Of a stretch of 64,000 nucleotides of DNA, positions 32,623-43,061 are shown piece after piece (within the stretch, counting starts at the first letter, position 1; every line of letters starts with the position of its first letter). Made by a program: the position numbers and the translations under genes. This stretch comes from an uncultured Candidatus Rokubacteria bacterium (GTDB taxonomy: Bacteria; Methylomirabilota; Methylomirabilia; Rokubacteriales; DASRDR01). The notes under the pieces are model-generated. The model was given only the letters and a program-made list of their open reading frames with translations, was not told the origin of the DNA and searched no databases. Where the stretch lies: positions 640,001 through 704,000 of the forward strand of contig CAWDVE010000017.1 of the NCBI GenBank assembly GCA_963805625.1, read 5' to 3'.

Positions 32623-32895
32623 CTACGGCTGGCGGAGCCGGGCCTCGATGGGATCGCCCTCCTTCAGATCCTGGAGGGTCTCCTTCGAGGCCTGGAACTC
32701 ATGCATCGTGCCGTCGGCGGCTCGGATCGTCACCCGTCCCTGGGTCCGGTCGATCTTGACGATGTGACCCTCCACCGTCCGGGGGGTCGCGCCCTGGTGC
32801 GCCGGAGGGTTCGCAGACTGCCCGAGGGCCATCCCACTCCACAGCAGGATCGGGGCGGCGATGGTCATGCTGAACCGTGTCCAGATCTTCATCAC
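32623..32895 (-). CDS. Small secreted beta-barrel (OB-fold-like) protein
   Basis: Signal peptide; VEGHIVKID...LKEGDPIEARLR. Confidence 0.7.
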   Translation of the reverse strand: MMKIWTRFSMTIAAPILLWSGMALGQSANPPAHQGATPRTVEGHIVKIDRTQGRVTIRAADGTMHEFQASKETLQDLKEGDPIEARLRQP

Positions 32896-32901
32896 GCCCC
32901 C

Positions 32902-33120
32902 TCACTTCTTCATGATGTCGTAGATTGCCCCCGCGGCCGCGCCGACGCCCGTGCCGATGAGCGCGCCCTTGCCGGCGCCATAACCGGTCCCGGCTCCTAT
33001 CGCCGCGCCGGAACCCGCGCCCACTGCGGCGCCACCCACCGTGCCGCACGCCGCGAGGAGTGTCGAGGCGAGCACGAGGCCCGCGAGTGGGGTCGTCCAT
33101 CCGATGTCAGTCTTCGTCAT
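32902..33120 (-). CDS. Glycine-zipper lipoprotein
   Basis: Lipobox LAAC; GAAVGAGSGAAIGAG...GALIGTGVGAAAGA; GGAGG RBS. Confidence 0.85.
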   Translation of the reverse strand: MTKTDIGWTTPLAGLVLASTLLAACGTVGGAAVGAGSGAAIGAGTGYGAGKGALIGTGVGAAAGAIYDIMKK

Positions 33121-33156
33121 TGAAACCTCCCTTGCCAGTGCTTGAGACGAATGACG

Positions 33157-33172
33157 GGCAAGTTCCATGCCG
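33157..33172 (-). promoter_or_regulatory. sigma54 -24/-12 promoter
   Basis: Minus strand CGGCAT-GGAAC-TTGCC. Confidence 0.78.
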
Positions 33173-33247
33173 CCGGGGCGTCGCTCGCGGAGAGGCGGAA
33201 AGACCGACCGAACGTTCCACTCTTCGGCGCGGAGCGCAAGATTCTCG

Positions 33248-33279
33248 CGTCAGGTTGTCGTCGGCGCGACATTGCGACG
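33248..33279. promoter_or_regulatory. 32-bp palindromic enhancer candidate, copy 9
   Basis: CGTCA-ggt-TGTCGT-cggc-GCGACA-ttg-CGACG, about 118 bp upstream of the predicted start site. Confidence 0.78.
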
Positions 33280-33329
33280 AAAGGCTGAAGAGCCGGAGCG
33301 ATAACAGTCCCGGGACGCAGACGGGAGCT

Positions 33330-33812
33330 TCAGGCCAGGGCCAAGGAAGTCAGGGTTGCCCGCCCTACGCGACCTCCCTTGTCGGGCTTGATCTCCAGCC
33401 GCAGATGCGTCACTCCCTCCGCCAAGATGGACCAGAGCTCCCGCTCAAAGCTCGTGCCGGGCGGGCTAAAGGTGAACTCCTGCCGCACGAGCTCACGATA
33501 TGTCTGCCCTCCATTCGAGGAGACGGACACGGACAACTCTTGCGTTCGGCTCACATCAAGCTCCTCGACCTCCACGGCGATCTGTCGGATCGTCTGTGGG
33601 CTGTCGAAGAGCAGGATCAGCGTCTGCTTGCCGGGACCGTCGGCGATCCAGCGACTGCCTCCGGGTCCTCGATTGTGATCGAAGGCATTGTCGATGGGAT
33701 GATCAGCCTGTTCGGCTGTCACCTGCACCGTGGCGACGTCAGCAACCGAGATTTCGCCTTCCAAGGATGCTGATGCGCTGGAATGCCTTGGAATGATCTG
33801 CTTTCTCAGCAT
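33330..33812 (-). CDS. Galactose-binding-domain-like (discoidin/APC10-like) protein
   Basis: HPIDNAFD, SRW, PGKQTLILLFD, RTQEL, VRQEFTFSPPGT, LRLEIKPD. Confidence 0.72.
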   Translation of the reverse strand: MLRKQIIPRHSSASASLEGEISVADVATVQVTAEQADHPIDNAFDHNRGPGGSRWIADGPGKQTLILLFDSPQTIRQIAVEVEELDVSRTQELSVSVSSNGGQTYRELVRQEFTFSPPGTSFERELWSILAEGVTHLRLEIKPDKGGRVGRATLTSLALA

Positions 33813-34169
33813 TGTGGGGCCTCCAATCGGAGAGAACATCGGCGCCCGACGACCAGAGCCAGGACGCACGAGGCCCCCGAGTCGAGCGCGGAGCTTCGGG
33901 CTCTGAGGCTTCGATCGTCCCACCCGTCCACTGCTACTCCATCTCGTCCTGCCTGCAAGCTACCGTGACGGGGCGCTGGCGCGGGGCGTGAATGTCAAGC
34001 GAGCACCATCAGGACCGACGGCGACCCCGTGCTCGGTCCTGAACGAGACGACGAGGAAGCTGGTCCTCGCACTGCTCCGAGACATCGACGGCCAACAAGG
34101 CGGGCGCTCCCCGGCGTCGTCAGGTTCGACCGGCGGCTCCATCGGGTTCACTTGTCGCACGGGACCATG

Positions 34170-36194
34170 TCACCGAGATTGGCTCCGATGCGCGAGGTTC
34201 GCCACGACGGCGGCCAGCTCGCCGGGGTCAACCGGCTTGGTCACGAATGCATCGAATCCCGTGCCGAGCGCCTGGATGCGGGTCTGGGTCCCAGCGTGCG
34301 CCGTCAGCGCGATCAGAGGGATCCGGCCGCCACGATCGGTCGGTCGGGCTCGAATCTGTTCGGCCAATGCGAACCCGTCCACGTTGGGCATGGCCAGATC
34401 GCTGACCACCACATCGAATGGCTGGCAGTCGAGTGATTCAAGGGCGCCCTGCACCGTAGTCGCCGCAGTCACCGTGGCACCGTAGCCCTCGAGAAAGTGG
34501 GTCAACAGGAGGCGCGAGTCCCTCTCGTCATCCACGACGAGGACGCGGATGCTGTCGCACCGTGGTCCGTGGAGCATCGGCCGTGAAAACAGGGCCGCTC
34601 GTGACCGGTCGTCAACGTCCGCGGGACGCAGGGGCAACGCTACCGTAAAGGTCGCCCCGAGGCCCTTCCCCGGGCTCTCGGCCGTGACGCTTCCCCCCTG
34701 GAGTTCGACGAGATATCGCACGATGGCGAGCCCGAGGCCCAGGCCGCCGTGGGTCCGCGTGAGAGACGGGTCCGCCTGGCGAAAGCGCTCGAAGATGTAA
34801 GGCAAGGCGTCGGGGCTGATGCCCTGTCCGCTGTCGCTCACTCGGATCGACGCGGTGGCCTGAGTCCGATCAACGGCGACCGTGACTTCCCCCTGAGGCG
34901 GAGTGAACTTGACCGCGTTCGAAAGCAGATTCCAGCAGACCTGCTGAAGCCGGGCGGGGTCTCCCACGACGACGGTCGCGCCCGGTTGGATGTGGCTTCC
35001 AAGGCGAATGGCCTTCGCCTCCGCCGCCGGGCGGACGGTTTCGAGCGCGGCGACGATCACCGGCCCAAGGTCGACGGGCTGGATCTCCAGGCGCAGCTTT
35101 CCGGCAGTGATCCGGGATAGATCGAGCAGGTCTTCGATGAGCTGGACCTGATGGCGCGCATTGCGCTCGATGCTTTCGAACGCCCGCGCGAGCGTGTCCG
35201 AATCGCCCTTCAGCCGTATGACCTGGGCCCAACCGAGAATGGCACTCAGAGGGGTCCGCAGCTCGTGGGAGACGGTCGCCAGGAATTCATCCTTGGCGCG
35301 GTTGGCCGCCTCCGCCTCGCTTCGGGCGTGTTGCTCACGGGCGAGCAGGTCCGCGCGTTCGCGTTCGAGGCGCTTGGTCAGGCTGATGTCGCGCGCGATT
35401 TTCGATACCCCGATGATGCCGCCCGCCCGATTCCTCACTGGGGAGACTGTCAACGAGATGTTGACGAGGGTGCCATCCTTTCGGATCCGCATGGTGTCAA
35501 AGTGATCCACGACATCGCCCCGGCGGATTCGCGAGAGCACCTCATCCTCCTCGCCCCGACGGTCGGCCGGAATGATCAGCGTGATGTGGTGTCCGATCGC
35601 TTCGCTCGCGGTGAATCCGAAGATGCGTTCGGCCGCGGGGTTCCACGACGTGATCACGCCGTCCAGCGTCTTGCTGACGATGGCGTCGTCCGAGGAACGG
35701 ACAATGGCGGCCAAATACGAGGAGTCCGCAGTCATCGCCTCGTACGCCGTGATATCCCTGGAGATCCCGATGACCCCGATGACGTGCCCGGCGGCGTTTC
35801 GGTGCGGTGACTTCGTCGAGAGGTATGTCGTCTTCTCGCCACTCCGTTCCACACTCAACTGGAACCGACGCGGCTCTCCCGTTTCCATCACCACGGTGTC
35901 GTGTGCCTGGATCTGGGCGGCTGTTTCGGTCGGAAAGAGATCACGATCGTCGTGACCGAGGATCTGTTCCCGAGAAAGCCCGATGGCCCGACAGCAGGCG
36001 AGATTCACCAGCACGTACTGGCCGGCCCGGTTCTTCAGATAGATCGCATCGTCGGCGCCGTCAAAGGCGGCCTGAATCAGGTCTTGCATCGACTCACGCA
36101 CGTTCTCCCGAGCATAGGAGAGCGTTCGGGCTGCGTCAACCAGCGGCCGGTCCGGCCTCGCCTCGTGATCGACGGGTCGCCGATTCGCGCCCAC
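34170..36194 (-). CDS. Cytoplasmic PAS-PAS hybrid histidine kinase with receiver domain
   Basis: Two PAS domains, KDEFLATVSHELRTPL, NLLSNAVKFT, GGLGLGL, and REC VLVVDDE..SDLAMP..ALTA..TKP. Confidence 0.95.
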   Translation of the reverse strand: MGANRRPVDHEARPDRPLVDAARTLSYARENVRESMQDLIQAAFDGADDAIYLKNRAGQYVLVNLACCRAIGLSREQILGHDDRDLFPTETAAQIQAHDTVVMETGEPRRFQLSVERSGEKTTYLSTKSPHRNAAGHVIGVIGISRDITAYEAMTADSSYLAAIVRSSDDAIVSKTLDGVITSWNPAAERIFGFTASEAIGHHITLIIPADRRGEEDEVLSRIRRGDVVDHFDTMRIRKDGTLVNISLTVSPVRNRAGGIIGVSKIARDISLTKRLERERADLLAREQHARSEAEAANRAKDEFLATVSHELRTPLSAILGWAQVIRLKGDSDTLARAFESIERNARHQVQLIEDLLDLSRITAGKLRLEIQPVDLGPVIVAALETVRPAAEAKAIRLGSHIQPGATVVVGDPARLQQVCWNLLSNAVKFTPPQGEVTVAVDRTQATASIRVSDSGQGISPDALPYIFERFRQADPSLTRTHGGLGLGLAIVRYLVELQGGSVTAESPGKGLGATFTVALPLRPADVDDRSRAALFSRPMLHGPRCDSIRVLVVDDERDSRLLLTHFLEGYGATVTAATTVQGALESLDCQPFDVVVSDLAMPNVDGFALAEQIRARPTDRGGRIPLIALTAHAGTQTRIQALGTGFDAFVTKPVDPGELAAVVANLAHRSQSR

Positions 36195-36335
36195 CCATCG
36201 GCTCCATTTCCCGCTTCAGTCTACCCCGGCCATCTCAACGCACCACACCGGGCCGTTCAGGAACATGGCGCCCTCGAATCGGACGAACGCGGGAATCTCG
36301 CCGAGGGCATGCTTGGTCAGGTCGGTTAGTGATCA

Positions 36336-36351
36336 GGCAACATGCGTGCCA
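36336..36351 (-). promoter_or_regulatory. sigma54 -24/-12 promoter
   Basis: Minus strand TGGCAC-GCATG-TTGCC, upstream of the hybrid kinase. Confidence 0.8.
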
Positions 36352-36615
36352 ATTCTTAGGAGAGGCGACGGGGAACTGTGGTCGGGTGGGCGGCTGACCG
36401 CACACCAAGCAAGAACGATCGCGCTCGTGATTCCCGGTAGCCTTCGGGAAGCCGGTGGCTGGCGTCTGCCACGAGTGGGTGGCTCTCGGAACACCCGGGT
36501 CACACCGGTTCGTTGGCCTGGTGCCACGTTGCCGGGACGAGACGCCTGGCCGGCGATAGTCGGGTGCACCTGAGCAGGGCCGCGACGTAGAGGACAAAGC
36601 GTTGTCGGACACGGG

Positions 36616-37014
36616 TCAAGTCGCCTCAACGTCGAGGTCTAGGCGGTCGATGTCGTCGATGGTGGCGCAACTGACAGGGGGGATGAATGCACTCGAAGAC
36701 GGCTGGCCCTGGCTGTTCTGCACGGAGTTCGCGAAATCGAAGTTCGAGAACGGGGCGACCTCGAACTCGGCGGTAGATGTGGCAATCACGTTGCCAGAGT
36801 TCTTGGCTTCGTAGGTGATTCGGACCGTCGCGCGGCGGTTTCCGGTATTGGTGGCGTGGCCCTTGACCGCGCAGCGGTTGCCCGCCACACTCTCCTCTCC
36901 CTCACCGGTGATAGTCACGCTGGAGAGCCCCTTTGAGCTCGTATCACTCTCGCAGCTGGCGAGAAGAAGCACGGTCAAGCTCGCCATCGCCGCGCCGCCC
37001 AGCCAGTGGCGCAT
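36616..37014 (-). CDS. Hypothetical lipoprotein
   Basis: AGGAGG RBS; lipobox LASC; beta-rich body. Confidence 0.75.
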   Translation of the reverse strand: MRHWLGGAAMASLTVLLLASCESDTSSKGLSSVTITGEGEESVAGNRCAVKGHATNTGNRRATVRITYEAKNSGNVIATSTAEFEVAPFSNFDFANSVQNSQGQPSSSAFIPPVSCATIDDIDRLDLDVEAT

Positions 37015-37333
37015 CGGGGTCTCCTCCTGAGGTTCGTATCGTGCCGTTGGACGCCCTCGGAAGCTCCGTGAGGCGCCCCGCCCAAGGCGACATCGGGTCG
37101 TTGAATCGTCATCCTGTCGCGAACGGCCCTGGCGACCGTCCGCCGAGCCGCGCCACTGGAGACCGCGTTCTTCCGCGGTCATGCCGGAAATGGCTACAGC
37201 AAGCCGTGGGCCACCCCCCGAGACCTCAAGATTCTCGACTCAAGATTCTCAAGATGTCTGACCGAATGCCTCTGGGCATCCTCCATGCGCCCGCTGGGTC
37301 GAATAGTCTGCTCGGCCTTACTGCGGCTAGCTC

Positions 37334-37365
37334 CGTCACGGTGTCGTCCAAGCGCCAGCCTGTCC
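37334..37365. promoter_or_regulatory. 32-bp palindromic enhancer candidate, copy 10
   Basis: CGTCA-cgg-TGTCGT-ccaa-GCGCCA-gcc-TGTCC, about 87 bp upstream of the predicted start site. Confidence 0.62.
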
Positions 37366-37409
37366 ATGCGAGGCCACGGCCAACGTCCTCCATTGCTCGA
37401 TTTGGCCGC

Positions 37410-37425
37410 CGGCACGACGCTTGCT
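37410..37425 (+). promoter_or_regulatory. sigma54 -24/-12 promoter
   Basis: CGGCAC-GACGC-TTGCT. Confidence 0.8.
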
Positions 37426-37438
37426 CTCGTTGACGTAC

Positions 37439-37999
37439 GTGACTCGCGCGGCCAAACCGGAGTCGAGGAGCACGACGGCCGAGTACCACGACGAGTACTC
37501 GGAGACTCTCGGGGCGGAGTTCCGCAAGCTGCAGGACGCCCTCCTCAGCGACACCGTGAGCATTCTCGCCACGCGCGAGCCCATTCGACTCGCCGAGACG
37601 GCGCGTATCGAGGAAGCCCTAGAGGCAATGCTGGCGCAGGATCACGTGGCGGTGGTCGTGGTCGATGGGGAAGGTCGGCTGTGTGGCATCGCCACCGACC
37701 GGGACTTGCTGAAACGCGCCCGTGCTAGCGATCGCGATTCAGGTCAGATAGATCTGGCAACGGTGATGACGCGTGATCCGGAGACGCTGCGGCCGGACGA
37801 TCGGCTCTGCTACGCAGTGAACCGAATGATGGCGATGAGCTGCCGTACTGTGCCTGTCGTCGATGAGGAGCGCCATCCCGTCGGGATCGTGACCGTCGAC
37901 GACATCGCCAAGTGGCTGGCCGCGCTCTTCCCGGAAGCCATCCTGAACCTGCGACCGGGAGACCGGCTGAAGCGGCCGGCGGATCGTGACGGTGGTTAG
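37439..37999 (+). CDS. CBS domain pair protein
   Basis: VVVVDGEGRLCGIATDRD, VMTRDP, VPVVD..PVGIVTVDDI. The TTG at 37421 lies inside the promoter, so GTG 37439 is preferred. Confidence 0.88.
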   Translation: MTRAAKPESRSTTAEYHDEYSETLGAEFRKLQDALLSDTVSILATREPIRLAETARIEEALEAMLAQDHVAVVVVDGEGRLCGIATDRDLLKRARASDRDSGQIDLATVMTRDPETLRPDDRLCYAVNRMMAMSCRTVPVVDEERHPVGIVTVDDIAKWLAALFPEAILNLRPGDRLKRPADRDGG

Positions 38000-38189
38000 C
38001 ACGCTCCGCCGGCCGGAACGAAGCATGGTCCTGAGTGTGCCGATGATAGCGTCGGCGCTGGTTCTCGAGCCGGGCGTGAGGGAGTTGCCCGCGAGCACAA
38101 GCTCCAGCGGGGCCTGCCACTCACGGGCGTCTCCCGTTGGAGCGACCAACCCCTGGCCGATGGCGACGCGCCATCGTGCAGCACGCTGG

Positions 38190-38626
38190 CGGATCCTCTC
38201 TTTCTCTCGCTGAGATCGCCCGGGCGGGCCGCGAGGCCGCACTGATGAGGACCGCGAAGCCCTTCTGGTCCGGATCACGATCCTTCTCGGGCTGGACGAG
38301 ACGGCGCCAGACCTCCTCGTAGGCCTGGCCCGATCGGTGAATGGTGGCGATCCCGTAGAAGCGAGCGATGCCGCCCCTGGGAAGGAGCCCGCCTCCCGGA
38401 ATGGCGGCTTTCTCAGGAACACCGTGACCTTGCTGCCGTCCTTGAGATTCGTAGTCGTGGAGCCCTTGCCGCGCTCCCAGAGGGCCAGGTGTTCGTCGTC
38501 GAGGACCATCGTGCTGCCCCGGGGGTCACCTGGGCGAATCCGTTGGGGAGGACGGTGGCGACCAGGCATGTGAACGGGAAAGACCGACTTGATGTGCTCG
38601 TGAAGCGCCTTGGGGATCGTGGCCAC
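38190..38626 (-). CDS. Pyridoxamine 5'-phosphate oxidase-like FMN-binding protein (frameshifted; end approximate)
   Basis: CLVATVLPNGFAQVTP-RGSTMVLDDEHLALWERGKGST...ARFYG...DRDPDQKGFAVLI across frames. Confidence 0.72.
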
Positions 38627-39022
38627 GCTATCCTCCCTGTCGAGCAGGAATCGTTCGCATGGCCGCGCTCGTCGGAGGCCTGGGCTTCCTCAAGGCTCGC
38701 TGTCTGATCCCGGCGTTCTTCCTGGTCCCGCTGTACGGGTTGTGGCGCCTCGAGCGTCACGGCGTGCCCGAGATGCGCGCCGCCGGAATCGCCGGATGGT
38801 TCATGATCGAGTCTCCTCTCGCCTCGGAGGCCACTATGATCCTCGCCGAATGGGGCCCTCTGTCAAGCTCGGGCCGGCGCTCCGGGAGCCTCGCGGCGCC
38901 CCTTGAACGACCGGCCGGGCTCGGGCAGAATCGCGCCGGTGTTGAAGGAGCCGGACGCCGAGGTCGGGGGTCCCGTCGGACCTGAGGGTACCCGATCGCG
39001 GGCCGAGGGAGCTCGATCACCA

Positions 39023-39858
39023 GTGGGTCCGCCGCCGCCGTTTCGCGCCGAGCACATCGGGAGTCTCCTCCGGCCGCCCGCGCTGCTGGCGGCGCGCCAG
39101 ACGGCGGAGGAGGGGCGCCTCTCGGCGGATGCGCTCCGGGCCGACGAGGACCGGCACATCCGGGACGCCGTCCGTCTCCAGGAGGACGTGGGACTCGAGG
39201 TCGTGACTGACGGAGAGTACCGGCGCGGCATCTACTTCGGCCATTTCGGGGCGGCGGTGAGCGGCTTCACGGAGATGGACGCCGAGATGAGCTTCCGCGG
39301 CGCCGGCGGCGAGCCGCTGCGCTATCGCGCGGCCGTCGTGACCGGCCGGCTCGTCCGCCATGGCGGCATCGCGGCGATCTACCAGGCCGAGCTCGCCGAC
39401 CTGGCGGCACTCGGCGCCACCTACGTCCAGCTCGACGACGTGCCGCGCGGACTCCTGTGCGACCCGCATCATCGTGCGGCGTTCGCGGCGAAGGGCAAGT
39501 GGCTCGGGGAGGGGCGTACGACTACGTGGCCGCCCACGCCTTCGCCCGGCTGGACGTCGACGCGTACTTCTTCGAGTACGATTCGCCGCGGGCCGGGGGG
39601 TTCGAGCCGCTTCGCCACGTCGCGCCCGATCGCTCGGTCGTCCTCGGCCTCGTGTCGACCAAGACGCCCGTGCTCGAGGCTTCCGACGATCTGCGCCGGC
39701 GAATCGATGCCGCGGCGCGGCTCATGCCCATCGAGCGGCTGGCGCTCAGTCCCCAGTGTGGCTTCGCGAGCACCGCGCCCGGCAACCCGCTGTCCTCGGC
39801 CGAGCAGCGGCGGAAGCTCGAGCTGGTGGTCGACGTCGCCCGTCTTGTCTGGGGCTGA
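39023..39858 (+). pseudogene. Cobalamin-independent methionine synthase II-like (catalytic domain only) with two internal deletions
   Basis: FRAEHIGSLLRP, TDGEYRR, YVQLDD, FEYDS, SPQCGF are present. The segments containing KVTxP and HxCRGN, present in the paralog at 44857, are missing. Confidence 0.78.
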
Positions 39859-39888
39859 TGCGCCCATGCCGCAAGAGAGAGGCCAGCG

Positions 39889-40161
39889 ATGCTCTACATG
39901 ATCGTCGAGCACTTCAAGAACGGGGACCCCGTTCCTGTGTATCAACGGTTTCGGGACAAGGGCCGGATGGCGCCGGAGGCGCTCCGGTACGTCTCGAGCT
40001 GGGTGACGCCCGACATGACGACGTGCTACCAGCTGATGGAGTGCGAGAATCGCGATGTCCTCGATCAGTGGATGACGCGCTGGCAGGATCTCGCCGACTT
40101 CGAGGTGGTGCCCGTCATCACCTCGGCCGAGGCGGTCGAGCGCGTCGCGCCGCGGCTGTAG
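39889..40161 (+). CDS. DUF3303 family protein
   Basis: MLYMIVEHF..PVYQRF..GR..YVSSWV..CYQLME..W..W.DL.DFEVVPV. Confidence 0.85.
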   Translation: MLYMIVEHFKNGDPVPVYQRFRDKGRMAPEALRYVSSWVTPDMTTCYQLMECENRDVLDQWMTRWQDLADFEVVPVITSAEAVERVAPRL

Positions 40162-40197
40162 GCTCGAGCGCCCGGGCCGATCGCCGGGCGCCGAACG

Positions 40198-41496
40198 TCA
40201 GCGCATCAGGCTCGGCAGCCAGAGGCTCAGCCAGGGGACCGCGATCAGGATGGCGAGCCGCAACACGTCGGCCCACATGAACGGCAGGACGCCGCTGAAC
40301 ACCGTCCCCGTCGAGACCTCGGGGAGCAGGGTCTTGAGGACGAACATGTTCATCCCGACCGGCGGGCTGATCAAGCCGATCTCGACCACGCACACGATGA
40401 TGATCCCGAACCAGATCGGATCGAAGCCCAGATGCACGATCACCGGGAAGAAGACCGGCATCGTGAGGAGCACCATCGACAGCTCCTCCATCGCCGTGCC
40501 GAGGACCACGTAGATGGCCGCGATCGCGAGCACCACTACGAGCGGGTTCACCTCGAAGCGCGTGACGAACGCCTTCATGTCGGCCGGCATGCTCGTGATG
40601 TTGATGAACTCCGCGAACATCAGCGCGCCGATGAGGATCATGAACAGCATGGCGGTGGTGCGCGCGCTCTCGAGGAGCGCGACGTAGAGGGTCTGCCAGC
40701 TGAGGGCGCGCCGCCACAGCGCGAACAGCAGGGCGCCGAACGCGCCCATGCCCGCGCCCTCGGTGGCGGTGAAGAGCCCGCCGTAGATGCCGCCCATCAC
40801 GAACAGGAACAGCACGGCGACGGCCCAGACGTCCTGGAGGGCCACAAGGCGCTCCGCCCAGCTCGAGCGCTCACCCGGTGGCCCCGAGGCCGGGTCGCGC
40901 CAGGTCATGTACTGGACGGCGCCGCAGAGCAGGATGACGCCCACGATGCCCGGCAGGATCCCGGCCGCGAAGAGCTTCGCAATGTTGGTCTCGGTGAAGA
41001 CCCCGTAGATCACCATGATCGTGGACGGCGGGATCATGATGCCCAGCGTGCCGCCGCCGGCCACGACCCCCGCGGCCAGGCGGTCGGAGTAGCCGAAGCG
41101 CTTCATCGACGGGTACGCCACCTTGGCGAACGTGGCCGTCGTCGCGATGGACGAGCCGCAGATCCCGCCGAATCCCGCCGAGGCCCAGATGGTGGCCATG
41201 GCCAGACCTCCGCGCAGGTGGCCGATGAACGCGTAGGCGGCGCGGAACAGCTCCTGGGACATCCCCGCGCGCGTCACGAGGTTACCCATCAGGATGAAGA
41301 GGGGCACCACCGACAGGGTGTAGTTGCGGCCCGTCTCGTAGAGCTTCGTCTGGGTCATCGCGAACGCGACGGTCCAGTTCCAGTCACGCATGTAGGCGTA
41401 GCCGCAGATGCCGACGGCAGCCATGGCGAACGAGATGGGTACCCGCAGGAAGGCGATCGCCATCATCAGGGTGAGGCCGATCAGCCCTTCGATCAT
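40198..41496 (-). CDS. dctM: TRAP transporter large permease
   Basis: VPLFILMG, GGLAMAT, GSSIAT, GGTLGIMIPPS, FTATEGA, IGLISPPVG. Confidence 0.94.
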   Translation of the reverse strand: MIEGLIGLTLMMAIAFLRVPISFAMAAVGICGYAYMRDWNWTVAFAMTQTKLYETGRNYTLSVVPLFILMGNLVTRAGMSQELFRAAYAFIGHLRGGLAMATIWASAGFGGICGSSIATTATFAKVAYPSMKRFGYSDRLAAGVVAGGGTLGIMIPPSTIMVIYGVFTETNIAKLFAAGILPGIVGVILLCGAVQYMTWRDPASGPPGERSSWAERLVALQDVWAVAVLFLFVMGGIYGGLFTATEGAGMGAFGALLFALWRRALSWQTLYVALLESARTTAMLFMILIGALMFAEFINITSMPADMKAFVTRFEVNPLVVVLAIAAIYVVLGTAMEELSMVLLTMPVFFPVIVHLGFDPIWFGIIIVCVVEIGLISPPVGMNMFVLKTLLPEVSTGTVFSGVLPFMWADVLRLAILIAVPWLSLWLPSLMR

Positions 41497-41966
41497 CGGC
41501 GCTCCACCGCCCTGTAGAGATGAAGGGCACCGGCGAACGCGATCATGACGGCCATGAAGTAGACGAAGGGCCCGTAGACGATGCGGAGCACGTCGGTGGC
41601 GTCCCGGTAGGCCCAGATCCGGTCGGCCTTGAGCCAGACCAGCCAGGCGAGCAGGAACATGAACGCGGCGCACACCAATTGCACCGCCCGCCGAAGCGCG
41701 CGCTGCGCGCCCGGCCAAAGCAGACGGTCGATGAAGTCCATGACGGCGTGCTCGTCGGCGTACGAGACGAGGGGCAGCCCGGCGAAGATCAGCACCACCA
41801 GCATGAGCTCGGTGATCTCGAACGCGCCGCGCAGCGGGCGGTTGAAAACGTACCGGGCCACGACATCGACCACCGTGAGGAGCATCATGGCCAGGAGGAT
41901 CGCGGAAGCGGCGCCGCCGAGGACGGCGTCGGCGTGCCGCTTCCGCGCGTTGTCGGGCCGGCTCAC
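41493..41966 (-). CDS. dctQ: TRAP transporter small permease
   Basis: Four TM segments; DVVARYVFNRPL.GAFEI..H..MD. Confidence 0.92.
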   Translation of the reverse strand: MSRPDNARKRHADAVLGGAASAILLAMMLLTVVDVVARYVFNRPLRGAFEITELMLVVLIFAGLPLVSYADEHAVMDFIDRLLWPGAQRALRRAVQLVCAAFMFLLAWLVWLKADRIWAYRDATDVLRIVYGPFVYFMAVMIAFAGALHLYRAVERR

Positions 41967-42997
41967 TGGCCGGCAGCGACCTTCTTGAGCTCGGCGTGGA
42001 ACTCGGCGAGGATCTTGGCTGCGTCCACGCCCTTGGCGTTCGCCTCCTTGGTCCAGTCGGCGATGATCGGGGCGGAACGCTTCTGTACCTCTGCGACGAA
42101 GGCGGCGTCGGCATTGACGATCTTCATGCCGGCCTTCTTCATCGCCTCCATGCCCTTCCGATCCGCCTCATCCCAGGAACCCCCGGCGAGGCGCGCGATG
42201 TGTTCACCGGAGAGCTTCTCGATCGCGGCCTGGTCTTCCTTCGGCAGCTTCGCCCACTTGTCCTCGTTCATGAAGAAGCCGAATGCGGAGCTGTACATCC
42301 CACCCGGAAACAGCGTGGCTTGCTCGAGCACCGTTTCGAGCTTGAACGAGACGATCGACTCGATCGGGAAGAAGACACCGTCGGCGACGCCCGACTTCAA
42401 GAGCTCGAAGGACTCAGGCGCGGGCTTCACGAACGCCGAGGTGCCCAGCGCCTTCGCAACCCCCTCGGCGACGCCGCCGCCGGTGCGAATCTTGAGCCCC
42501 TGCACGTCGGCGATGCTCCGGACCGGCTTCTTGGTGAACATCTGGCCCGGACCATGCGTGAAGACGCCCAGGAGCTTGACGCCCTTGTACTCGCCGACCT
42601 GCTGCAAGTATTTCCAGTGGATGCGCGAGTAGGCCACGGAATTCACGAGGGCGGTGTCGCCCGAGCCGGGCAGCTCCGGCATGAGCGGGAGGATGTGGCG
42701 TGCCGGTGTGTAGCTGGCCGTGACGTACGAAACGTCCACGAGGCCGTCTTTGACCGCGTCGAAGGTGCCGGGCGGCGCCGAGGGATGCTTCGGCAGCATG
42801 GTGAATTTCACACGGCCGTTGGTGGCCTTCTCGACCTCGGTCGCCCACCCCTGCAAGACGACGCTGGTCAGGTGGTGCTGTGGCGACACCCACGAGGACA
42901 TCGTCAGCGTCGTCTGGGCGGGCGAGGGCTGGACCGTGGCAAGGACGGCGGCCAGACCGGCGAGCACGAGGGTCGCCAGCTTCAGCAGCTTCCGCAT
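41963..42997 (-). CDS. dctP: TRAP transporter substrate-binding protein
   Basis: Signal peptide; VEKATNGRV, DGLVD, GLKIRT, FFMNEDKW. Confidence 0.93.
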   Translation of the reverse strand: MRKLLKLATLVLAGLAAVLATVQPSPAQTTLTMSSWVSPQHHLTSVVLQGWATEVEKATNGRVKFTMLPKHPSAPPGTFDAVKDGLVDVSYVTASYTPARHILPLMPELPGSGDTALVNSVAYSRIHWKYLQQVGEYKGVKLLGVFTHGPGQMFTKKPVRSIADVQGLKIRTGGGVAEGVAKALGTSAFVKPAPESFELLKSGVADGVFFPIESIVSFKLETVLEQATLFPGGMYSSAFGFFMNEDKWAKLPKEDQAAIEKLSGEHIARLAGGSWDEADRKGMEAMKKAGMKIVNADAAFVAEVQKRSAPIIADWTKEANAKGVDAAKILAEFHAELKKVAAGQ

Positions 42998-43061
42998 GCG
43001 GGCCTCCTTGTCGTGGACATGACGGTCGATTCTCGCCCGGTAGTGTAGCAGGGGAGCCGCG

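Noticed and set aside
38623-38900. Short ORFs upstream of the FMN-binding gene
   Set aside because: No recognisable motif and inconsistent frames, so no call can be supported.
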